Part shown: one piece after another, positions 45,386 to 54,939 of the stretch
Layout: every line of letters starts with the position of its first letter
Position numbering within the stretch: the first letter of the stretch is position 1
Source of the DNA: a virus
Virus record (IMG/VR): IMGVR_UViG_3300028578_000003
Location: 64,001-128,000 of that record
Direction: 5' to 3' (one strand)
Length of the DNA stretch: 64,000 nt
Made by a program: the position numbers and the translations under genes
The notes under the pieces: model-generated
Told to the model about the DNA's origin: nothing
The model's input: the letters and a program-made list of their open reading frames with translations, nothing else
Database searches by the model: none

Positions 45386-47713
45386 ATGACCGCCGCCGCG
45401 ACCCAGGCCCCCGCACCGGCCACCGTCACCCGCGCGATGCGCCAGCTCTGGCCCGCGCCGATCCGCATCAGCACGAAGGTCACCAACGACCGCGTCGTCA
45501 TCACCGGCCCGCTGAGCATGCGCGACGCCGCCGACGCCCAGGTCCAGATCCTCAACAGCCTCAGCGACGGCCAGACCTGGCAGCGCGTCGACTTCCAGGA
45601 GGTGGGTCGCGGCACCGCGTCCGCCCGCGCCACCTTCGCCACCGGCGGCGACCTGCCCGAGGAGTTCAAGACGGTCGGCTGGCCCGCTGACTGGCCCGCC
45701 GAGCAGGCCGATGAACAGACCGTCCTCGCCCGCCACCGCATGGTCCGTGAGCTGGGACTCGGCACCGGCCACAACGCCCGGCCCGGGCAGCACGTGAAGC
45801 ACATCGAGCTGGGCATTCGCGGCCGCCTCGACGGCGTCACCGGTTCCAGCGCCTACGTCACCTTCGGCGGCGACACCGAGTCCAGCCTCGTGCACGCCGC
45901 CGACGTCGTGCGCATCAGCGACGCGCAGCTCATCCAAGAGGCCGAAGAGGCTGGCGAGCCGTTCATCTTCTTCGCCACCGACGTGACCGTGGGCGAGGAG
46001 ATCATGGCGGACGGCGCGCCGGCCACAGTCGTGGCCACCGACGTCGAGCTCAACACGATCACCGTCGACCACGGCCACGAGACGACCCCCGGGTGCGGCG
46101 GGAGCCGGGGCACCCGGTTCCTCAACTCGGTGCTCGAGCGCGGCGCCCTGCAGAAGATCGCCCCACCCCCGGCCAAGGAAGCCGCGGCCGCGCTGACCGC
46201 CGCCCGCTCGGCCGCCGCCGCGGCCAACCAGGCGTACCTGACCGCGATCCGCGGCGACCACGACAGCGAGGACGCCCGCCGCGCCGCCGGCATCGCGGCC
46301 GCCCTCGGCGAGCAGACCGCCAACATCAGCGTCGCCCGCGCCGAGCTGGCACTCGATATCGCCCTGGGCAAGGTCACCCCCGGCACTGTCCGCTTCGAGG
46401 TGACCACGTGTTCCCACAGCGACGGGGAGAGGTGGGAGGTCATCGGGTGGGGACGCTACGACGCCCTGCCGTCCGAGACGGCCACCGCGCAGGCCCTGCG
46501 CATCGCCGGCGAGAACAGGCTGCTCAACAGCGCGCACCTGATGAGCCCCAAGCCGTGGCGTGTGCAGGTGTGGACGGACCCGGCGGGTGAGCGACCCGAC
46601 GGCGAGTGGACCAACCTGACCGACCCGTGCCCAGCCGGCGAGCACAACCCCGGCGCGCACCCGATCAGCGGCGGTGCGTCCCGCAGCGACGGATCGGCCG
46701 TTCGGCAGGCGACGTGCTCGATCTGCATGCACGAGATCACCCGGGTCGACCCCTACCGCCGGGACAACGAGAACCCCAACCCGTGGGTCCTCGCCGGCGA
46801 GGCGCTGCCCGACCCGGACCCGGCCGTTCTCTACCTGCCGGTCGAGTGCATCAAGCAGGAGCACTACGGGATGGAGATCCACGACGGGATGGGCACCTGG
46901 TACACCCTGATCTCCGTCGGCCCCATCGACCGGGAGACGGGCAAGTGCGAGGTCACCGTCGAGGGCCGACCGGTCGCGAAGATCTACTGCACGATGTCGG
47001 TGCAGCTGCGCCCCGGCCCGATCCGGCACGAGGGGGTCGCCGTCAACGAGCACGGCGCGCAGCTCGTCTCCACCTTGGGCGCATTGCACTACGACGACCG
47101 CGCTGACGAGACCGGCGACGGCACCGCGGTCGGGGCGTGGCGTGTCACGGGGGTCGGCGAGAACTTCCAGCTGCCCGTCGGGGACGTCGAGGCCGCGAAG
47201 CGTTGGGCTGAGGCGGCGCTCGCCGCGCGCAGGTACGGCCCCGTGGTCGGGTGGACCGCGCACCGCGACCGCTACGGCGACCTGTGGACGCCGATCTTCG
47301 ACGGCGGCGGCCGTCCTGAGCGTCCCGTCCCGTCCGTCCCGGCACTCACCGGGACGGACGGGACGGACGGGACAGCGGGTGCCGCCGCCGACACGGCGCC
47401 CGCCCCCATCCCGATTGCCGGCGTCCCGGTCGACCGCGTCCCGATCCGGCAGGACGGGCCCGTCCCGATCGGGTACCGCATCGAAACCCGGACGGGTGCG
47501 TCCTGGTCGCCCGTCCGGGTCGGGTGGAGCCCACCGATCTACCATCCGGCCAGGACGGTGCTCGCCGCCGTCGCCAGGACGATCCTCAGCAACACTGCGG
47601 CCGTCCTGGGGCTGCGCCCACAGGACGCGCTGCCGGCCGTCCGGGTATACACGTGGCATCGCGGGACGGGCCTCACCGGCTTCGCCGTCCGGGACGGGGG
47701 GTGGAAAGCATGA
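45386..47713 (+). CDS. Large mosaic hypothetical protein (775 aa)
   Basis: AGGAGG RBS, strong GC3 bias; no family recognised. Confidence 0.75.
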   Translation: MTAAATQAPAPATVTRAMRQLWPAPIRISTKVTNDRVVITGPLSMRDAADAQVQILNSLSDGQTWQRVDFQEVGRGTASARATFATGGDLPEEFKTVGWPADWPAEQADEQTVLARHRMVRELGLGTGHNARPGQHVKHIELGIRGRLDGVTGSSAYVTFGGDTESSLVHAADVVRISDAQLIQEAEEAGEPFIFFATDVTVGEEIMADGAPATVVATDVELNTITVDHGHETTPGCGGSRGTRFLNSVLERGALQKIAPPPAKEAAAALTAARSAAAAANQAYLTAIRGDHDSEDARRAAGIAAALGEQTANISVARAELALDIALGKVTPGTVRFEVTTCSHSDGERWEVIGWGRYDALPSETATAQALRIAGENRLLNSAHLMSPKPWRVQVWTDPAGERPDGEWTNLTDPCPAGEHNPGAHPISGGASRSDGSAVRQATCSICMHEITRVDPYRRDNENPNPWVLAGEALPDPDPAVLYLPVECIKQEHYGMEIHDGMGTWYTLISVGPIDRETGKCEVTVEGRPVAKIYCTMSVQLRPGPIRHEGVAVNEHGAQLVSTLGALHYDDRADETGDGTAVGAWRVTGVGENFQLPVGDVEAAKRWAEAALAARRYGPVVGWTAHRDRYGDLWTPIFDGGGRPERPVPSVPALTGTDGTDGTAGAAADTAPAPIPIAGVPVDRVPIRQDGPVPIGYRIETRTGASWSPVRVGWSPPIYHPARTVLAAVARTILSNTAAVLGLRPQDALPAVRVYTWHRGTGLTGFAVRDGGWKA
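47310..47700. repeat. Cluster 1 of CRGGACGS octamers (both orientations)
   Basis: Roughly 15-20 exact or one-off copies counted by eye. Confidence 0.75.
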
Positions 47714-48219
47714 TGATGACGGGTGGAGGCGACGGGTCGGATCGATCAATGCGCCGCCACGGGCGTGCGCGGCGCGCCGGCTCCCAGATCGTCCAAGCCT
47801 TCAATGGCGGAGGGGGGCCTGGCCGGGGGGAGCGGGTCAGGGCATGGCGGCTTCGCCTGGCCCAGCTGGTCGCCCCGGCCGGCGCCGACGTGCACGACCC
47901 CGACCAGAGCGCCTGCCCCCACGACGAGGCGCTCCTGGAAGCCGCCCAGTTCGGGCAGCTGCGCCGCGACCCTGACGGCCGATTCATGATCGATATGAGT
48001 GACCTGGCCCGGGACCTGGTCGACGGCGCCTGGTTCCAGGCCGCCGCGGATGGCCGGTACGAGCTCACCAGGGCCGGCCAGGAGCAGCTCGCCCGGCTGT
48101 GGGGGCCACATCTGATCCCACCGTGGGGCGGTGGCCACTACATGTGCTACGAGCACGGCATCTATGAGGCGGCGCCGGGTGAGTCCGGCGACTGCCCGCG
48201 ATGCCCGGTGGGCCGGTAG
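47710..48219 (+). CDS. Hypothetical protein (wHTH-like end plus C-terminal Cys/His cluster)
   Basis: ATGA overlap; YELTRAG; CYEH...CPRC. Confidence 0.55.
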   Translation: MMMTGGGDGSDRSMRRHGRARRAGSQIVQAFNGGGGPGRGERVRAWRLRLAQLVAPAGADVHDPDQSACPHDEALLEAAQFGQLRRDPDGRFMIDMSDLARDLVDGAWFQAAADGRYELTRAGQEQLARLWGPHLIPPWGGGHYMCYEHGIYEAAPGESGDCPRCPVGR

Positions 48220-48464
48220 CCGACTGACCACCACACGCGCGTGAGGGGTGCCCCGTGATCGGGCACCCCTTACGCGTACGTGGGGTGACCGTGGGCGCCC
48301 CCACACGGTCACACAACGTGTTTTCTATTCGACCCCGCGGGGCCCCTAAAAACCGGGATTTGAGCACAATGCGTCTGGCGCGCGCGCGCGAGGTAGAAGC
48401 TACACACGGTAACTTGACCTTGTCAAGAGATATAGATCATTCCGCGTGTCGCGGGGGTGGTTGT

Positions 48465-48878
48465 TCAGCTGGCGACGTGCCTGGCCGTGGCCGGGATCAG
48501 GTGCCGCCACCGCTCCGGGATCAGGTCCGCGTGGCCGGCGGCAACGGCCATCTCGACGGCATGACGAGCGTCTACCCACCTCGCCGACCAGCGCACCGTG
48601 GCGTTGCCGCCGAGGCGCAGCCGGGCCCTCTCCACGGCGGCCGCGAGATCCTCCTCGGGTATCCCGAGTTCGGCGGCGAGGGCCGGGGCTAGCCTCGGGT
48701 CCAGCCGGGCGACCTCGTCGCCCGGGCGGCCGCCGCGCAGTATGCCCCGGTCGACCCAGCGCGCGACCGCGCGGTCGCTCTTGCGCAGGATGAGCGCGGC
48801 CTCGGTAGTGGTGATCATCAGGTCCGGCGTGAGGCCGCCGCTGGGCGCCGCACGCCCCGCTGGCTCATGATCGACCAC
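48465..48878 (-). CDS. HTH_17/MerR-like (Xis/BldC-type) DNA-binding protein
   Basis: ITTTEAALILRKSDRAVARWVDRGIL.G...ARWVDARH. Confidence 0.75.
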   Translation of the reverse strand: MVDHEPAGRAAPSGGLTPDLMITTTEAALILRKSDRAVARWVDRGILRGGRPGDEVARLDPRLAPALAAELGIPEEDLAAAVERARLRLGGNATVRWSARWVDARHAVEMAVAAGHADLIPERWRHLIPATARHVAS

Positions 48879-48929
48879 GACGAGATCGCCTCTCTGTCAA
48901 AACCGACTCCCGGTCGAAGTGTGACAGAT

Positions 48930-49305
48930 CCGGGACGCCCTGGCGGGGTTGCCGCTGGTCAGGACGTCCCGCGTCCTGGCAGGCGGGTTCCCGTCGAGCG
49001 GCGGCGTCCTGATTCTTCCGTCCTGCCTAACTGTCAAAACCGACACGCGCGTGTCATCATGGCTCGCATGACCGATACCCAAACCGGGACGGGGGGCCAG
49101 GATGGCGCCGCCGACACCAGGACGCAGGACGGCACCGAAACCAGGACGCGGGACGGGGTCGCTACCGGGACGCCCGACCAGGACAGGACGCCCGACCGGG
49201 ACGGGACGGCGAACCCGGCCGGGGTGGGGGAGCCGGACGGCGGGCCCGTCCCGTCCCACCCGTCCCGTCCGGGTTCGACCGGGACGGGACGCAGGACGGG
49301 ACGCG
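48930..49305. repeat. Cluster 2 of CRGGACGS octamers (both orientations)
   Basis: Roughly 20 copies counted by eye, starting intergenically and running into the 5' end of the DUF2637-like gene. Confidence 0.8.
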
Positions 49306-50846
49306 TGAAGGTCTACATCCGTGCCCCCGGCCGGCACGCCGCCGGCCACCACACCGGCCACCACGCCGCCGAGAGCGAGGGGAGCTTCTGGCGGTCGGTG
49401 ACCGCCTGGGTCGCCAGCGGCGGGTACCTGACCGCGTTGACCGTCGTCGTCGCTGTCGTCGCCGCGCTCGGCCAGAAGGTCTTCGCCGAGACCAAGGCCG
49501 GCTTCGTCAAGCTGATCGTGATCAACGGCTGGGACCTCACGCCGTGGCTGTCGCCGGCCGTCTTCGACCTGGCCGTCGCCGCGATGCTCCGTGAGGGCAT
49601 CCGCAACTCCCGCCGCCGGCACTCGCCGTGGCTCTGGTGGGCCGGCGCCGGCGTCGTCGGCGCGGTGTCGGTCTACACGAACGCCCGACACGCCGGCGCC
49701 TGGATCACCGGCAGCGCCTCGGCCGGTCTGTTCATCATGTGGTTCCTGCGCCTGTACTACCAGCACCGCGACATCGTCCGCGCCCGGGAGGTCGAGGACT
49801 CCGTCGCCGAGAAGATGGTCTCCACCGACGTGCTGTTCGGCATCGACCGCAAGCTGGCCGCGCTGGCGCTGCGGATCGCGCAGACCAAGCCTCTCGCGGC
49901 CGCCGTCGCCTACCGGCACCAGCTGGGGGAGATCGAGCTGTCTGAGCGGGACGTGGCCATCCTCGCGGCCCGCCAGTACACCGACATCTACACCAACGAG
50001 CTGTACGTCCTGATGAACCCACACCGCTTCCCGGAGCAGTCAGCTGACGCCGCGCCGGCTGACGGGAAGCCGACCCAGGGGAAGAAGGAGGGCAAGAAGG
50101 TCGCCTGGTGGCACCTTCGGCGCCGCTCCCGGGCCCGTTGGCTGGCGGCCCTCACGGCGGGCGACAACGTCGACTACTGGCTGGGCCTGCCGGTCCCCGA
50201 CCGCCGCGGTGTCGTCATCTCCCGCATCACGTACGCGGCCACGGACACCACCCCCCGGCTGGGTGCCGCCGCCCTGGCCGCCCAAACTCCCGCACCGGCA
50301 TTGCCGGCCGCGTCCGCCGCAGCCCCGGCCGCGCCCGCCCTGCCGCCCGCACATGGGCCACGGTCCATCGCCGCCCGCCCGCACAAGGCCCGCGACGCCG
50401 GCATCCCGCTGACCCCGGACGCCTTCTACTACGAGGAAGAGGGCGGTCAGCAGGTCCCCGCGGCCGCCGGCGCGCCGTCCGGCAAGGCCCGCGCGGACTG
50501 GGTGCCGATCAACATGATCGAAGGGCTGCCGTCCTTCGATCCGCAGACGCCCTGCGGGCACTCGGCGGACCCGGGCAAGCCGTGCACGTACGGGACGCTG
50601 GCCCTGCACCTCGAGCGCCGCGGTCGCCAGCTGCGCATGATCATCCAGGCTGTTCCGGACTGGAGCGACCCCGACCGGCGGCGTCTCGGTAAGAACGACG
50701 TCAAGACGATCTGTGGGGTGGGCTCGGACCAGCAGACGGAGATCTGCGGGCTACTCGACCACCTGCGCAGGATCACCCTGGCGCAGCGCGCCGAGGCCAA
50801 CGCGGCGGCGAGCTCGGCGGCGTCGGTGATCGACGCCGAGTCCTGA
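49059..50846 (+). CDS. DUF2637-like (SpdB-type) plasmid spread/transfer membrane protein
   Basis: Four TMs with LSPAVFDLAV...AVSVYTNARH; Pro/Ala linker; C-terminal HTH-like. Confidence 0.6.
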   Translation: MARMTDTQTGTGGQDGAADTRTQDGTETRTRDGVATGTPDQDRTPDRDGTANPAGVGEPDGGPVPSHPSRPGSTGTGRRTGRVKVYIRAPGRHAAGHHTGHHAAESEGSFWRSVTAWVASGGYLTALTVVVAVVAALGQKVFAETKAGFVKLIVINGWDLTPWLSPAVFDLAVAAMLREGIRNSRRRHSPWLWWAGAGVVGAVSVYTNARHAGAWITGSASAGLFIMWFLRLYYQHRDIVRAREVEDSVAEKMVSTDVLFGIDRKLAALALRIAQTKPLAAAVAYRHQLGEIELSERDVAILAARQYTDIYTNELYVLMNPHRFPEQSADAAPADGKPTQGKKEGKKVAWWHLRRRSRARWLAALTAGDNVDYWLGLPVPDRRGVVISRITYAATDTTPRLGAAALAAQTPAPALPAASAAAPAAPALPPAHGPRSIAARPHKARDAGIPLTPDAFYYEEEGGQQVPAAAGAPSGKARADWVPINMIEGLPSFDPQTPCGHSADPGKPCTYGTLALHLERRGRQLRMIIQAVPDWSDPDRRRLGKNDVKTICGVGSDQQTEICGLLDHLRRITLAQRAEANAAASSAASVIDAES

Positions 50847-50874
50847 CGCAGGCGTCGTACGGCGCTGAGAACGA

Positions 50875-50917
50875 CAGTGGAGGGGCCGGCCCGGTGGGGG
50901 GCCGGTCCCTCCACTGT
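50875..50917. terminator. Stem-loop downstream of Spd-like gene
   Basis: ACAGTGGAGGGGCCGGCCC / GGGCCGGTCCCTCCACTGT. Confidence 0.65.
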
Positions 50918-51191
50918 CCTGCGGTAGGTAACCGGTGGTTACGCCAAGATCGCCCGGCGGGTCCTATGGTCGTGGCCATCGCCGGCCGCAAGGTCACGGC
51001 GATCCGTCCGGGGGCTGGCCATGAAGCCGCTCACCAGGAACGAGGCGGGAGCCCAAGCCCGCCGCCGGTGCTTGGCCCTCCCCCCGGCCGGGGGGAGGTA
51101 TGCCGTGCCGGACAGTCCGCGCCGCCGACGTCCGGCGCGCTTCAGGGGGGGTCGGTGTCGTATACGCCGACACCTGCCCGATTTTCTCCTT

Positions 51192-51227
51192 CACGGTGTA
51201 GCGCATTTAACGGCGGCGGAGTAACTT
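51192..51227 (+). promoter_or_regulatory. Promoter CACGGTG-N23-TAACTT upstream of conjugation operon
   Basis: Same heptamer and GGCGGAG-TA junction as the 42632 copy. Confidence 0.65.
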
Positions 51228-51323
51228 AGGGGGGCCACCGCGTTCGTGCGCGGGTGCCTCGGCGTACAGCCCGACCTCCAACCCCGGAGACCGGGACTGG
51301 TTCGTACTAGGGAGAGCTGACCC

Positions 51324-51638
51324 ATGTATCACCTGCTCGACGCGGTCCGGGCGTTCGCGGAGGCTGCACCCGTGCCCACGCCGTCACCAACCGAGGGCCC
51401 GCCGGCCACACCCGACCTCGACCCCAAACTCGAGGGGATCACGACCGTCCTCAAGTGGGTGGTCGCACCGATCGTCGTCATCGTGGCCGGGATCGGCATC
51501 GCCGCGAGCAGCCGGCTCGGAAACATGGCCAAGGCGCTGACCCGGGCGGGGATCACCTTCCTCGGGGTCATCTTCGTCGGCGGCGCCACCACCCTCGTCT
51601 TCTGGGGCGACGACATCCTCGCCTTCTTCTCCAAGTAG
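51324..51638 (+). CDS. Pilin-like (VirB2/TcpD-like) two-TM protein
   Basis: Small 2-TM protein first in operon before VirB3/VirB4. Confidence 0.6.
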   Translation: MYHLLDAVRAFAEAAPVPTPSPTEGPPATPDLDPKLEGITTVLKWVVAPIVVIVAGIGIAASSRLGNMAKALTRAGITFLGVIFVGGATTLVFWGDDILAFFSK

Positions 51639-51644
51639 GCGACC

Positions 51645-52043
51645 ATGGCGATCTTCCGCAGCGACGACCCCATCTGGCGGGCCCGCCTGGTCTACCTCGG
51701 CCCGCCGAACTACCTGCTCCCGTATCACTTCACCTACGGCCAGTACGGGCTGTTCTTCGTCCTCTGCCCCGCCTTCGTCATCCCGGCGTGGACGCTGCTG
51801 GGCTGGAAGTCGATCGGGTTCGCGGCAGGCGCGGCGGTCTTCGCCACCTGGAAGACGTTCAAGCACGTCGACCCCGACCAGCCGGCCCGCAAGCTCATCC
51901 GGGTGTGGGCGCTCGACTGGCGCCCCGTGCGGGCGCGCCAGCCGAGGCCGGTGCGCCTGTCCGCCCGCCACATCCGATTCCTCGGCCTGCCCCAGCGTCC
52001 TCGCCGGGCCGCGCTGACGCGACGGGGGGAGCAAACCCGATGA
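51645..52043 (+). CDS. VirB3/TcpE-like membrane protein
   Basis: YLGPPNYLLP, 2 TMs, overlaps VirB4 start. Confidence 0.6.
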   Translation: MAIFRSDDPIWRARLVYLGPPNYLLPYHFTYGQYGLFFVLCPAFVIPAWTLLGWKSIGFAAGAAVFATWKTFKHVDPDQPARKLIRVWALDWRPVRARQPRPVRLSARHIRFLGLPQRPRRAALTRRGEQTR

Positions 52044-54619
52044 TCGACCTGCGGATCCCCAACCTGCGGCGCGCCGCGCCATCCACGGCCACGCGCCTGG
52101 CCCTGACCGAGGTCGCCGGCAACATCACCTACACCGACACCACGATGACGGTGTGGTTCACCGTCCCCGAGCTCATCTGGCCGTTCCGGTCGGACGCCAA
52201 GCGCGAGGGGCTGCTGGACGCGATGGCCGTCCAGTACGCCCACCCCAGCCTTCAAGGTCTGCGGCTGAGCGTGCGCCGCACCACCATCCCCTTCCCCGTC
52301 GACGCGTGGGCCGCGGCGTACGACACCCGCTCCAACCCGCTGCCGGACGCGTCCACGCCGGTCGTGGGTCGCGCCGGTGTGCCGCTGCCCCGCGCCGGCG
52401 TGTCGACGTGGGGCCGGCACCTCGGCAACGCCCGGGAGCACCTCGCCGCCAGCCAGTACACCCTGGGCCGTGTCCACATCGGCGTGTCGATGCCCCGCCG
52501 TGAAATGCCCAACCTCACGAGCCTGATCCGGCGCCGGTCAGCGTCCGGCGACACCGCGCGCGCCCGCCGCCTCACCGAGATCGCCGAAACGCTCGCCGGG
52601 GTCGGGGTGCACGCCCGCCCATCCACCCCGGCTGAGGTGGCGTGGCTCATCTACCGCAGTCTCGGTATCGGCCTGACCCCACCCGTCCACGTGCCCGGCG
52701 ACGTCGGCCCGAACGACATTGCCGTGTTCAGCGAGAGCATCGACCTGGTGCGCGGGCCGTACGACTCGACGACCGAGCTGATCAACCGCAGCACGGACCA
52801 GAGGGTGCACGTCGCGGTTCTGACCGTGGGCCGGATGGACCAGCTTCGGATCCCCCAGCAGCACCAGCCGTGGGCCTACCTGTCCACCGAACTGCCGTTC
52901 GAAGTGGAATGGTCCTCCCGCGTCGACATCCTCGGCCCGCAAGACGCCAAGGCGCAGGTCGAACATCGGCTGCGGATGATCCGGTCACAGCAGGACGAGT
53001 ACCGGGCGCACGGCGTCGACTCGCCGACGTCGCTGGAGACGCTGGCCGGCCGAGCGATGGAAATCAACGACGAGATGGAGACCGGCCGGCCCGAGATCGC
53101 CTCGCGGGTACACGGCTGGCACCGGCTGGCCGTGTCCGCCCCCACCAAGGAAGAGTGCCTGACCCGGGTCCGGGCGTTGATCCGCCACTACAACGACAAA
53201 GCGAAGATCAGCCTCGTGCACCCGCGCGGCCAGCTCGGTCTGCTCGGCGAGTTCATCCCCGGCCAGCCGGTCGCCGACACCCGCTTCGCGCGCCGGATGC
53301 CGGTACGAATGTTCGCCGCCGCCGTCCCCAACGCGTCCGGCGCGGTCGGGGACAACCGCGGCGACCTGATCGGCTACACCGTCAGCGGCGCCCGCCGGCC
53401 GGTGTTCTTCGACATGCACTTCCCGCAGATGGTCCGCGAACGCTCCGGCCTCACCGTCCTGGTCGCCGAGCCGGGAGCCGGCAAGTCCACCCTGCTCGGC
53501 GCGCTGGCCTACCTCGCCGCCCGCCGCGGCGTCCAGGTCACACTGATGGACCCGTCCGGGCCGCTGGCCCGGCTGGCCAGCATGCCCGAGATGCGTAGGC
53601 ACGCCCGGGTGATCAACCTGTCCCAGGCCACACCCGGAACCCTGGCGCCGTACGCCATGGTCCCGACCCCGCAGCGCGCCTCCTTCGCCGCCGGCCCGAT
53701 CGGCGACGACGAGTACACCTCGGCGGTCGCGAACGCCCGCGCGGAACGCAAGGAACTCGTGTTGGACATCCTGACGATGCTCCTGCCGCCCACGCACAGC
53801 GGTAAGGCGGAGATCGTCGACGTGCTCTCCGAGGCGGTGCGCGGCGTGCCCGCCGACGAGCAGTCAACGCTCGAGGATGTCATCGACGCCCTCACCGCCC
53901 TGGGTAGGGACGACAGGGCGGCGAACCCGGCGGCGGCGAAGACCGCGGCGGGGCTGCTCAGCGACGTTAGCGAGCTGCCGCAGGCCCGCGTGTTCTTCGG
54001 CGCCCCACCGGCTAGCGCGCTGCGATCCGACGCCGCTCTCACAGTGATCACCATGGCGGGGCTGCAGCTGCCGAACCTGGCCGTCGACCGCCGCACGTGG
54101 ACCAAGAGCCAACAGCTGACCGTGCCGATGCTTCACCTGGCGCACCGCCTGGCCGTACGCCGCTGCTACGGCGGCGACATGACCTCACGCAAGATGGTCG
54201 GCCTCGACGAGGCGCACTTCATGGCCGGTTGGGATTCCGGCAAGGCGTTCATGGACCGCCTCGCCCGCGACTCCCGGAAGTGGAACATCGCGGCTTTCCT
54301 GGCCAGCCAGAACCCGGCCGACGTGCTCGGTCTGAAGCTGCAGAACCTGACCGTCACCGCGTTCGTCGGTCGGATCAGCGAGGACCCGGACATCGCCGCC
54401 GAGGCGTGCCGGCTGCTCAGCATCCCGGTCGGTGACCGCTACGAGGAGATCCTCGGGTCGCTGTCGCTGCAGGTCGACCACGACACCACGGACCGGCTCG
54501 GCTACCGCGACTTCCTGATGCGGGACGTCGACGGCCGCGTTCAGCAGGTCCGGATCGACCTCTCATACGTTGCGGGCCTGCTCCAGGTCCTTGACACCAC
54601 CCCCGGAGGCGACGAATGA
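52040..54619 (+). CDS. virB4: VirB4-like conjugative ATPase (TcpF/ConE type)
   Basis: Walker A AEPGAGKST, Walker B GLDEAHF, RDSRKWN...SQNP, RDVDGRVQQVRID. Confidence 0.88.
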   Translation: MIDLRIPNLRRAAPSTATRLALTEVAGNITYTDTTMTVWFTVPELIWPFRSDAKREGLLDAMAVQYAHPSLQGLRLSVRRTTIPFPVDAWAAAYDTRSNPLPDASTPVVGRAGVPLPRAGVSTWGRHLGNAREHLAASQYTLGRVHIGVSMPRREMPNLTSLIRRRSASGDTARARRLTEIAETLAGVGVHARPSTPAEVAWLIYRSLGIGLTPPVHVPGDVGPNDIAVFSESIDLVRGPYDSTTELINRSTDQRVHVAVLTVGRMDQLRIPQQHQPWAYLSTELPFEVEWSSRVDILGPQDAKAQVEHRLRMIRSQQDEYRAHGVDSPTSLETLAGRAMEINDEMETGRPEIASRVHGWHRLAVSAPTKEECLTRVRALIRHYNDKAKISLVHPRGQLGLLGEFIPGQPVADTRFARRMPVRMFAAAVPNASGAVGDNRGDLIGYTVSGARRPVFFDMHFPQMVRERSGLTVLVAEPGAGKSTLLGALAYLAARRGVQVTLMDPSGPLARLASMPEMRRHARVINLSQATPGTLAPYAMVPTPQRASFAAGPIGDDEYTSAVANARAERKELVLDILTMLLPPTHSGKAEIVDVLSEAVRGVPADEQSTLEDVIDALTALGRDDRAANPAAAKTAAGLLSDVSELPQARVFFGAPPASALRSDAALTVITMAGLQLPNLAVDRRTWTKSQQLTVPMLHLAHRLAVRRCYGGDMTSRKMVGLDEAHFMAGWDSGKAFMDRLARDSRKWNIAAFLASQNPADVLGLKLQNLTVTAFVGRISEDPDIAAEACRLLSIPVGDRYEEILGSLSLQVDHDTTDRLGYRDFLMRDVDGRVQQVRIDLSYVAGLLQVLDTTPGGDE

Positions 54620-54939
54620 CCACCACAGAGCCGATCAGCGTCACCGTCGCTGAGTTCGCGATGCTGTGCCGTGTCGCCGCCGGCGACGTCGGCTGGCGCA
54701 ACAACAGGCCCGGCCATGCTTACCCGCAGGACCACTACCACACCTTGAACGACAGGTGGGCCAGCGGCGCGGCCCTGTCCGCGATCAGGGGCCTGTCCCA
54801 AAAGATGCTTATCACCGAGACCGCGCCGTGGGTGCTCGTCACCGACATGGGCCGTGACCTTCTGTCGGGCATGACCGCCGCGGTCAGCGGCCACCTGGCC
54901 GCCGCCTGCGACCGTGAGGCAAGGGCTGGTGCCCGGTGA
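54616..54939 (+). CDS. Hypothetical wHTH-like protein
   Basis: 4-nt overlaps on both sides; VTDMGR. Confidence 0.55.
   Translation: MTTTEPISVTVAEFAMLCRVAAGDVGWRNNRPGHAYPQDHYHTLNDRWASGAALSAIRGLSQKMLITETAPWVLVTDMGRDLLSGMTAAVSGHLAAACDREARAGAR

Noticed and set aside
48405-48441. Additional copy of the heptamer promoter (CACGGTA-AC-TTGACC)
   Set aside because: No TANNNT at 23-24 nt and no correctly oriented downstream gene; left out of the family
50894-51229. Small ORFs upstream of the conjugation operon
   Set aside because: Overlap the predicted promoter, lack an RBS and codon bias; more likely regulatory DNA
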